Shown here in pieces: positions 50,401-62,400 of a DNA stretch of 64,000 bases (positions within the stretch are counted from its first letter, which is position 1; each line of letters starts with the position of its first letter). The notes below the pieces were generated by a model, which searched no databases, was not told the origin of the DNA, and was given only the letters and a program-made list of their open reading frames with translations. Position numbers and translations under genes: made by a program. Source of the stretch: Tubulanus polymorphus (taxonomy: Eukaryota; Animalia; Nemertea); NCBI RefSeq assembly GCF_964204645.1, contig NC_134032.1:9908275-9972274 (forward strand), written 5' to 3'.

Positions 50401-53400
50401 CTAGTCTTTCACTGGTCTCACATCAATCCAGGGTTCATGTGTTTGAATCCTGGTGGTAGCAGTCAGTCAGTCTTTCACTGGTCTCTCCCCAATTTGGAAA
50501 AAGAAATATCTAACCCGCTGATAATGCCGTGTGGCGCTCAGTGGGTTGAGGAAATTGAAATGAATGGAAATCTACATGAACAGTTAAAAGAAATAAGGGC
50601 AGCTTGCTTAGAATATTCCCACGACATTTTTCAGTGCCTACAGACCCTTTGACAACAACAGACAGATCACTGAACTATCAGACACGTTCTAATCGAGTTC
50701 CGTGAAAAACAAGTTGTTTTTTGCTGATAAAACGTTCGAAGCACCGTCTTAACTTTCCACCAATTTAGTATATTTTTTTTTTCTGTCGATCGCAAAGAAA
50801 TGTAAACAACCATTTTCTCGTATCTGGAGATATCAATGTCGATGTCAATAAGTCTAATGCGCAATGTTTCGAACTTTGACCGCGTTTCGAGGATGCGTTC
50901 GACCGACAACAACGTGGCGAAAAGTATCAAACTCCGCGAGTACCGGCGGCTTTTTTTTTAAGCGTAATCGATATCTTCGTTATTTATTCCGAACTTTTCG
51001 CGAAACTAATGACTAATCGATAGAAATGTTGAATATTTGTATAGCGAAAGGTATCAAACTCCATGAGTACTCGGTTTTTTTTTAGGCATAATTGATGTTA
51101 TTCGTTATTTGTTCCGTATTTTTTCGCGAAGCCAGCGACTAATCGATAGAAATGTTGTTGAATGTTCATACCGTGTATAACGTCATGTGTAATCGGCTTT
51201 TTCGAACTTTGGACGTTTTCTTTTGGACGTTTTCTTCCGTGACGCCGCGACATTGTTTTTTCGTTAAGTACACGTTTGGGTTCATGAGCTCGGCGTAACG
51301 ACACTGGTGACCATGTGACGTGCTGCTTGCGGAACCGTAGCTTAAAATATCGGACTACGTAAATATCGTAGGATCGGCTTTTCGAGAACCGCTCTTCATA
51401 TCTTGTGATATATACATTTTATAGATTTATAGATATGTAGACTTTATACTGAGGGAGCGTTCATAGTAGAATAGCCCATTTATAGAATAGATGATTAGTC
51501 TAGAACCAACTAATATACAAAGTTTGAAAGCTTAACCCTTTCAGTGCGTCTACACAGCAGTGCGGTGTACGAATCAGTGATGAATTTTGTTAGTACACCG
51601 CACTGCGGTGTATTGTTTTTATTAGTAATTACTAATTATCTCTCTTGAAAGATGGCAGCACCTGTCAAACATAGTGAAATACTAGTAACTAACAATATAC
51701 CGTGCCAGGGTGTAGACGCACTATAGTGCTATTCCCGTTATTCAACACTTTTAGGGTGGAATTTTTCAGAATTTTCAAATTATCTTCAGCACTATAGGGT
51801 ATTAATTAGCCAGCACTGAAAGGGTTAAAAATCTATTTCTATTTATCAAAAATCAAATATTAAGATCAAAAGACTCAAAGAAGTTATGAACTCATTCATT
51901 TGATGTCGTAGGGTGAATCCTGCAAAAACCATCTTCAGAAGAGTCTAGACATATGATCGCCAGTACACAATTTGATGATGTCATAGGGACTTCAGATATC
52001 TTTTGGAAGCGTTAGCGGTAAAAATCCCTTTGGTAAAAATCCCCTCGGTAAAAATCCCCAATTCTTCAAAGTAGGTAAAAATCCCCTTCCTGAATGCAGT
52101 GTAAGTAGATACAATCTTTAGGTCAATTAATATTGATACATATATCCAATTTATTATTGTGGAACATCATAAGGATATCATGAGTATATAAACTTTAGTA
52201 TATACTTGAATCAAAACATGCTACAAATTACCAGCCTATTAATACTAAATTAGTACTTAAAGTTATCACACAGCTTAATGAAAGGGTTCATCGCACTTAT
52301 ATATTACACTAGCTTGAACCTAAAATATATAGAATTAAAAGTCCATTATTGCTTATAATTCATGGCATTGCACTGCTCAAATATATCACAAGTCAACAAG
52401 AGTTCACAGTACACAAATATTCCAGTTCAAAGATATTACAAATAAAAAGTTCATTATTCTTATCAATTCTAACAATTTATTTTATTCTAAGAGTTTACTT
52501 AAAGAATTTATCCCAACAAAAGACTCCATTGCGCAATTCAAACAAATTTCAGTCTCATTGCAAATGAACAAAATTGGGGGAAACATTTTGCTTTGAAATG
52601 TTCTTGAAAATCACCAAGTAGGGATTTTATCTACTTTGAATATTTGGGGATTTTTACCTAGGGGATTTTTACCCAGGGGATATTTACCTTGGGGATTTTT
52701 ACCCAGGGGATTTTTACCTACAACCTTCATGAAGTGCCCATGAGAGATCATTCAATTGTGTCATGGGGTGATTTATGGAGGCAGCCATCATACCTTCCTA
52801 TTTAATAGTAATTTCAAGCTAAATTGAGTTATCTAACGAAATAATGTAGAAAAAAGATGAGACAAAGGATGAAACAAGTTGGTAGGATTCGTAGATTTCG
52901 ATGTATCAAAATGAAATTCGCGGGCTGCGTTTCGTAAAGCGGTGTCAATGGCCCCTATCCCGGCGTATTTACACATAATCGTTGACGCCATAATATCGAA
53001 TTGATATTTACACACATGTTCAAATAATGGCATCGCAACTGTTATGTTAAAAAAAGTCCTGTTAAAAAATTCCAAATTTTACGAGGCTGCAGAAGTTGGA
53101 CGAAGGCACCAGTCGCGCAAGGAAGGCTTACATTTTTAAAGAACGATCTCAGACTATTTTATTCATTTATTTATTTATTTTTTTTTTTGCTTCTGTAAAT
53201 CGACCTAACTTATAAGGACTTAGAGTAAGTGTAAGTTCAGACTACAAGCATTTATCTCAACAATTTTGGGTAGGTTCAGACCACTTATGGACTCAAGTAG
53301 CTAATGCCCTGCTCTAAAGTATGGTCTCAATTTGTCACAAGTTTATTTAGCTCTTGATTATGTAATGGCATTTACGTAATGGTTCCAGGTCTATTGTTAT

Positions 53401-56400
53401 TTCTAGTACCTGGGAAATAATAAGACCCTAGAAATATGGGGGGAGGGAGGTTTGGTAGGGTGGTCAGCATAATGCATTATTACAATCCCCTTAGTTGTGT
53501 AATCATAGTTGGAGACATGTTAACCCTTGTTTAATTACCCAGGGATTTCTTTCTATGGACTTCTATTAATTCCTAACTGTAAGACTATGTCCTTCAGCGA
53601 GCAGCCTGGCATACAAGTACATACCTCTCGAGCTCGGTAGTTTGCGGAGAATTCGACTAGAGGGTCTTGTATCCGAAAATTAAAATGAACTAATTTTGGC
53701 CGTAAAGTTAAAAATCTAAGTAATCATCGAACTGGCTCGTATGTCCATCAAATACGGCATTGAGAAATTAGCTCTTTTTAAGTCTTCAAAGCCTATAGTC
53801 AAATTCATCTGATATAAATATGAAACCGGCCCTGATTATGTCTGACTCAACTCTGAAATGTTAATTCACGCGAACTTGAGTGGATTTATTTTTATCTATC
53901 GTGCGTGGGACTTTTTAACGAGTGACGTCGAGATCTAGAACGACTTTTAATCGCGATACAGTTTTTTCGTCGAACTTAGTTCGAGAAGCGAAGTACGACC
54001 GAGAACTACTGATTCGAAAAAATCGGAGAGAAAAGCAGTTGATGTTCTTCTTTTTGTTTATTCGTCGGAAAAAGTTTGATTTACGAAATTCGATTTGTTG
54101 TTCTTTTGGAGCCCGCGTCGATTAACTAGGAAAAACTGAAAAATCCGGAATTTATTCGTCTAAGTTTGTTAATATTTCCGAAAAGCTTTTCAACGATTCG
54201 AAAAAAAAACCTTCCAGTTGCTATTAGACTTTCAACCGAGGATTTTTGCTGAAAAAACGAAAATTCACGTAATTTCAGAATATTTTTGAAATTTTTCGGA
54301 TATCAGAAAACTCGGTCATATCGGATATAGTGACGACATTATGGGATATTACGAGAAAACTTCTCGCTTCGTGCGATTACAGAGTTGTCCACCGTCTGCC
54401 GAGACCAAGGTGGCCACGGCGGCGGCGGCCGTGCGGATATCCGAAAACGAGTTCGGTTTCGACGAAATCGAAAAGTTGCGACATTTATGGACGATATCGC
54501 GCTCGCCGTCGTGGCCCGTCGTCGCCGTGCGGCGGCGGCCGTCGACGACGCGCCGGTATTCACAACTTGAATTTGACGTTTTACGTAAACTCGAAGGTGG
54601 GTCGATTCAGTGTTTCTTCCACCCCCTCCAAACTCCCCCCCCCCTGATGATGTCTCTTATCTCTATCCACTCTTCCCACTACTGTCACTTTTCTTCCTTC
54701 TCTCCCGCGCTCAAACCTTTCTTCCTATCTTTTCTCTCCCTTTTATCCCTTTCTTCTTGAGTTCTTGCCTTTCCCCTCCCTCCCTCGCCTCTTGCCTCAT
54801 AATGATTGCCACTTACCTGGTAGGAGGAAAAAGTCAAATCTTTCTACCAATCTTTTCTCTCCCCTTTATCCCTCTCTTTCTATCATGAATCCACGCCTTT
54901 CCACTCTCCCTCACTCGCCCTTGCCCCATCAGGTGGACCGCTTACCTGGAAATGAGGAAAAGTATTTGGTGCGGGGATTTTCTTTTCTAGAAAAAAGTCG
55001 GAGATTATTTAGGGAGTTTCGTAAAAAAAGCTAAAGATCACGGAATAGTCGGGTAAGAAGCGAGTCAAACAAAAGCGGCCAGCCTGTTGGGCTTTCTCTC
55101 TACAATTCCCCTGCCCTCTACCTTAAGGACGCCTTGCGACTCGATGCGATTGTAGAACACCGCGTTGCAATATGGCGGCGTAGGTCTTAGGGTGACTGGC
55201 ATTCGTGGAGAAAGGCCGACCTACGCAAGCCTTTATCTCCATCACATCTCAGTATCCCTCTGAACCTTTCCCTATCTCTCCATCTCTCCCTCTTTCCTAC
55301 CTTTGCTTCGTTTATCTGAACTAACGAGACCCCGGTGTTTAACGGGTTAATAACTGCGGGAGAAAGTCAAATTTGAGCTGGTCGTGTGTTTAGTAACTGT
55401 GTATATATTTGAGTTGTATACAGTCGATAAACAGCTATGTTTATTAATTATAGCTGAATTATGTCATTTGATATGCCACTCTAGCGGGTGCGGGACGGGA
55501 GGGCGGGACCTGTGAGGAGTACCGCAGGATATTAGCTTTTCATTCTCGATGCTGGCATAATTGATGAAGCAACTGTTTACTGGTTAAACCTGTCATCGAA
55601 ATAGTTCAGATTTCGGATAATTTGACGAGATGGAGAGATATGAGAGGGCGGGAATGAGATGGTGAGAGGGAGGAAGGGAGAGCCAGGGAAAGGGAGGGGA
55701 AGGAGAGAAGAGGGAGAAGGATGAGATGATTTTATAGGGAAAGAGAAGGATATTGTCCGATCATGTCTGCACCCCCTCGCCCACCCCCGTAATTTCAAAG
55801 GAATCCCTTAAATGTCAACGTTAATATTCATTCTAAAAAGTCTAAAAAAGATCAACCTTTTCCGGTGAAAATGCAATTTATGCCAAAGGAAATTTTTTCT
55901 GACAAGCCTCAAGCAGAATACCTTCAATTGTACCGGATTTAGAAGAAAAAAACATGCCTTAAAGAGCTGGCAGTTCGCCGGCATATGGCCCATTCCTCAG
56001 AACACCTCCCTTCATAATCCTCTAGATCTGTCCTTATGCAGGGTCAACTCTAACCAACTTAACAGCTTAACTGGCCCCTGGAGAACTCAGGGAATTTGAA
56101 CATGCTTTTGTTCGAATACCTGGATTCATAAAAAATGAATGAATGAATGAATGAATGAATGAATGAATGAATATATTGTAACACAATGAATTCGGAACTT
56201 TCTCCGATTGCCTGTAGATTCATACGCGGCAGAATTAGTTGTGGATCACAATATCCGTGATAAAACAATAAGAGTAAAATCCCGCAATAAATGAGTGGCT
56301 ATCAATTCATTTATCGTGGCATTTTACTCTCTTCATTCGGGGAATGTTGCGCCATATGTTACGTGGAAAATTGAGCGTTGACCTAAGCGGGGAAAGTCGC

Positions 56401-59400
56401 CGGCCTGTCGTGAATTCACGCTGAAATTGTTTTATATAGTATAAATCTCAATTGAAGATAATGTGTACATTCGGATGGGCTAAGAATTGACCTCATGTTC
56501 ACTCTTAGTGGAAGGAGTAATTTGAAGTTTCAGTGAAGTGCGCTGTTGTTTGTAACCGCAGTGTTGGTTCGTTTGTCCGTTCGTTCATTACAGATGTGCC
56601 CTCAAAGAGTCACAGCTTACGATGATGATATCGTATTGATTTATCTGCCTCTTCCCGCTCGGTTGCGGTGGCGTTGATGTTGACAGCGACGATGACAGCC
56701 TGGTTGTGAAATACTGACGGTCTGCGAAATCTATACACATACGAACGCATTCACAGATTGTTTATATCACTGTCTAGCAGATGTACTCCGACTGAGAGGC
56801 TTAGCACTGAAAGACTGGGATATTGACTATACGTCCATGCTGGTTGAGGAGAGAGGGGGAACCTGGAGATATGAGGCTAGACACAGAAAGGGAGTTGTAC
56901 AAGTGTGATAGGGATATAGAGAAAATATGTAGGATAGTCGAGAGACAGGACAGGGGCGGATCGAGAGGCCAATTTTGAAAGACTTGTCATATCCCAAAAC
57001 GGCACTTTGATGTCCACGAACGCGATATTATGTGTACTGCGGCAATTATCTTTGTTCATATAATAGAAAAGGGCACTCAAAAAATGATTTGATGGACTTT
57101 TACATGTTGCCCTGGATCCTTCCCTGCAGGAGAGAAGAGATGGACAGAGGGAAGAGTTTGCGCTGGAGTTGAGGAGAGGAGGGAGAAAAGGGCAGAGAGA
57201 TAGAGAGAATGTGGAGAGGAGGAAGAGACGTAGGAAAAGTTGAATTGCTCTTGGCCATTTTTAGCCCACCTCGTCCCAGCGGGCTATTGCATTCACTTTT
57301 CGTTCGTTCGTCTATTGACGGAATCGGGTTATTTCGGGAAGTTTTCAAGGGGGTGTTGAATATTGAAATGCCATATCGTCAAGCGTTTCACCTAGGCAGG
57401 CGTCCTCGGATTGTCAAGCATTGTGGGCACGGCGTCAAGGGAGTGCTAGTTTCCTCGGTTATTTCTCCTAGATTAGTATAGACGAGGTAAAGGTGAGGAA
57501 AGTGAGGTAGATGTGGAGAACGAGGGACGGTAAAGAGGAGAGTCATGACAGTAATAAAGAGTTGTTGAGGTTAAGAGGAGGTTATGACAAAGCGAGGTCG
57601 CACGAAGCGCGTTGAAGAGACGTAGCCCGATAGATATATCTGAGGTAATTCTCTGATATATCCCGCGCTATCTCGCGAATGCAGAACGACTATTAATAGC
57701 GGCGAATGCATTAGTAAATGCGGGCGCGCACGTATATCCCCGCGCGGAGGCGATCTGAGACTGGCAACAACGCTTTAATCCCGTAATAACGAGTCCTTGA
57801 GATCGGACGAACACACGTCCTCAGTCAGTGGCCTCGATTATGTAGATTACTTTCTATGATATTTCTATATTATTATTATCATTATTACTGTTATGAGGAT
57901 GAGAGTCAAATTTACAGGTTTTAAAACTATCTCTGTCTCGATGAAAATGGCCGCATCAGTGATAAAGCAGGGATCCGCACACCCGAGACTACCCCCTATA
58001 AATCAACCCCTGCCTCACTTTCTCAAGTGGATGGCTCCGAGAATATCAAAGCATATACCGAAACATGGAAGGGTGAATCGGGGTGAATCGCTTACGTCCA
58101 TCGCGGAATCTTTCGTTTCTGGATTTATATTTTTCGTTTTTTTTTCTTCATATTTTCGTTAGACTCGGCCGACAGCGGAGGTCACAACAACGCTACCGCC
58201 GCCACCGGTCACAACAACCACAAGAAACTATGTAAACAGATAACGCGGCCGGCCGGCTGCGTCGACTACGAGGTGAAATCGACGGACACGCTCGCGAAGA
58301 TCGCCGCGCTATTCGACACGACGCCATCGGAGCTGGCAAAATTGAACCGCCTGTCGGCGCGCATCGTCTTTCAAGGACAGGTACGTATCGTAGGGGTGTA
58401 AGGGTGTAGGTGGCGCGTAAAAGTCGATGTCGCTGAAACCAGTTTCTCGACAACAACAGTTTTAACCTGTTCAGCGTCGACTAATTCATACCCTTTTGGA
58501 AATTCAAAATTTTGAAAATTCCACCCCCACCGGTTGATTAAGGGGTATACCGCTATGGATAAATCATCCGCTAGAGTTTTAAGATCTAACGATCAATCCG
58601 TGCTAGTCATTCCCCGTGTTTAGCCGGACATAAGATCCTTCGCGTACTCTGCCCCAGTACTCTGGAATAATTTACCTCTAGTCCAATTAAATCTAGTCCA
58701 ATTCTTCAATTGATGTTTTTAAATCTCGTCTCAAAACCCATTCGTTCATCGAAGCCTTTGATTAAACCAGTTTTAGTTGTCTCTTTTTTTATGTTCGCTT
58801 TTTATATATAACGTAAAGCCGATGAGCATATTTTATATGGATTTTAAGCTGAATAAATAATTATTATTATTGAATTATTATAATATATATATATATATAT
58901 ATAATATAATATATATAAGACAAGTCGAGGGTTAATCCAGAACAGGTCAATGAATAACATATATATATTTTTCCCACCAGCTGCTTTTAATGTGTGCCTG
59001 CATTTACGTACTTCGTACATTGTAGTTGAGAATGAAACAGGTGTTCCTCGATCCCGATCTCAACGATAATAATTCCTATTTCGATGCTCATTCCTTCGTT
59101 TATTGATCGCGTTATGTTAACATTATCGTTCTAATTTTTCGCCGTGTTGCAGATTTTATACATTCCCGACAAAGAGGGTGAATTGCTACAGAATGGAAGC
59201 GACAGTCAGGCGTCGACGCCGACCAGCCCGATTAAAGTTACGCCGCAACCCGCCGCCATCGTCGTAAGTATAACATACGTCCTCGCGTCTGCCTGGTTAA
59301 CAACTGGGGGCTGGTTTTAACATAGACCTCGACCAGCGCGATCCCGTTGCACAGTTCTCGGTTAAATTTGACTTAAGTCTTGGGTTAACATTTACTCACA

Positions 59401-62400
59401 ATTGTGGAACAGGGCACAGGAGTTAAATCTAATATGACTCATTGAAGTGAGAGAGGGTGGTTTTTGAGATCAGGGCAGTGACTGGTGAAGGAGAGGGACG
59501 GCAGAAGAGGGAAGAAAGAATAAAAGGTAGATAGATGGAAGATAGGAGGTAGTGAGGGAGTGAAGACAGGTATAGAGAGGGAGAGGGAGAGGGATGTAAC
59601 AGAGAGAGAGAGGAAGGGGGAAAGAAATGGAGAGTGAGGAAGATAGGACAGGTATAGGAAGAGGGAAAGTAAGAGCGAGGGAGAGAGGGAGCGAGGTACA
59701 GAGAGAGCAGGATAAGGAGAGAATGAGGGTTAAGGAAATGAAGAGGGAGAAAGGGAGAGGGAGAAAGGTATAGAGATGCAGAAAGAGTGAGGGATCAAAA
59801 AAGGGACAGGGAGAGGGAGTGAGGTTCAGAGAGATGGGACAGAAAGAAAGGGAGACCGATGCTATTGTTCTTCGTCGGTTCCACCTTTATCTAGATTATA
59901 ACTATTTTGCACATCTGTCACATCGTACAGTTTGTATAACTGCACATATTGACCGGTATTATGAAACTAGTGTTGAAAAATATTGTTTACGCATATCATA
60001 CGCGCATATATGGCCACTCAAACTGGAGAGATGATGTTGAAGCACGTATAGGACTGTATGGGTGTTTCAAAACTGTATGTGAAGTCGTTACGAAAAAGAT
60101 GGCTGCTTCTACGAAATGCGAAAAGCGACTTTCTCTTTGAATCCCCTTATGACATCATTCCAGATGATCCTTCGGTTTAGATGGAGCCTATGAGAGTTAT
60201 TTGATGCTGCTCATTTCTTGGAATGACTTGATGATGTCTTAGGCAGTCTTATCTTCTGGAAGTATCCGAAGGTGTATTTCGACGATGTCGTAGGCGGATT
60301 TACGCGGACAGCCATATTTCATCGAGAGCGTTCGCGGGAGCAATTCGATGATGTCACTGGGGGGAATTTCTACGGAGACGGGCCTATTTTCCGGAATTGT
60401 CCGTTAACGAAGCGACTGTCATTAGAATTGTTTGCCTTGCGGATTAATTGAATCAGTTAGATAATGTCCGGGGAGATATTTCCGTTGTGTTGCAGTCCGC
60501 ATCGCCGACAATATTTGACCTATCGCGCTATCATGTTATTAGTAAGTATCGTTTTGCGAATGAAGTCGTAAGCCTATAGCTCAGGTCAGTGGTAGTACGC
60601 GTGCACGTGATTGCCGATTCGTTTGTCTCGCGATCTTAAGGGTATTCCCCAGGAATCCTCGAGTCTTGTGGTTTGTTGACATGCCATTTTGAACGCTTGA
60701 AGTCATGTGGCGCAATACTCTCTTCTCCCATATTTTCTCCTTATCGGCCGGTTCACGTTCATAAACTGCAATAGGACTTACAATAGTAATCAGTTCATTT
60801 CTATAACTGCCGGGTCTGTTATTGTTAGCTCGATCATGATTTTAAAGATTTAGTAACGTGCAGGGTAGATAGGCGGCTGACCGGGTCAAGTTTTAAGCTC
60901 AGCGGAAATGAGAAACAAGGTATCAATTTTTTTGTCCGCTTCAATGTCACTCAAATAACATTAACAATAGAATGCACCGAAATTTCAAAACTTTCCCGAC
61001 CTCTGCGCGGATCCTATTTAACAGTTCGCCCTTCTCATTTCTTCGTGCGCTCCTGTAAAAGTATTCGAAGTCGGATCTCCGCCCCTGTACGTCTACTAAA
61101 ATGGCATGAAACGTTAATCAAGATTCAATTCATCGAACGTAAAGCTAAGCATACATCGACAAAGCGACTGGAGACAACTAGTTGCTAGTGAGTGAGTACC
61201 CCACGCACATCGAAAATTTAGTAAAAACCAGCAACTGCGTGGCTCATGCCGGTCGCTAGGTCCATAGCGCACACATCGACAGCAACTGAGATGTGGTTTA
61301 GCAAATATTCTTGAGGGCATCACAAGTCACGTGAAAAATAGCTTTGTTTTAGTCAGTTACAACCATGTGTTGTTGATTATGGAGCGCTCACATCGAAGGA
61401 TATGAGAGCAACTGAGTACAACTAGTTGCTCAAAAGAAGAACATGAGCAACTGGGTGGAACTGGAGATAGATGGACGCTAACCAGTCGTAAGCTCGCTCA
61501 CATCGACAAATTCGAGCAACTGATTGTATCCAGCCAGTTGCTCTCATGCGCCGAAAACTGCCTGGCAACTAGTTGTCTCCAATCGCAGTGTCGATGTGTG
61601 CTAGGCTTAAGATTTTCTCTATTTTGCGACGATCGAAAATCGACATCAATTGAAATAATGATTGGTCGGATATTCATTTGCTAGCGTTGTTCGATCTGAA
61701 AATGTATCGCGTTCTCGTTTGGCTAGAAATCGATACGAGCGATTGCTCGCCCGATATAAACATCGAAACGTCGATGAATGGATCCGCCGCTGAGGTCTTT
61801 TGTTTCGCGTTGTTTATTCGTAACGCTGCGTTAGTCGTGTTAAAAACTAGTTCAATTGTTATTGATTGCTGAAACGTTGCCAGATGGCAGCACTATCTAG
61901 ACTCATGATACGTATGTGTGATGCAATTATTCAGTGTGATGCAGGTTTTTCTGGATATTTCCAGCTTTTCCGATTTCGTGCGCAAGATAAATCGAATTCT
62001 AGATGTTAAAATCTGTTGTTTGCTTCAATCTAAATGTCGCTTGTCATTCAGTGATGTCATAGGGGGATTACAGAAGTGACCACCTTTTTTGGAAGGGTCC
62101 ATAGTAGTGATTTCATGATGTCATAAGGGGAATTATGGAAGCAATTCGATGTTGTCCTAGGTGGATTTTGGGAGACAGATTCGGTGTTGTCGGGGAGATT
62201 TATTGAAACATATGATGTCATTTAAGAATATCTGGAGGCATATTTGAAAATAACATGGGGAATTCATGGAACAGATTTGGTGATGTCATAGGGAGATTTA
62301 GGAAAACAGATTTGATGGTATCATAGGGGGATTTAAGGAAACAGACTTGATGATGTCATAGGGGATTTATGGAACAGATTTGATATCAAGGCGGAATGTG

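Noticed and set aside
59480-59850. Long polypurine tract (also CT/GA tracts at about 38575, 41125, 54620, 55630)
   Set aside because: This is ordinary low-complexity intronic sequence.
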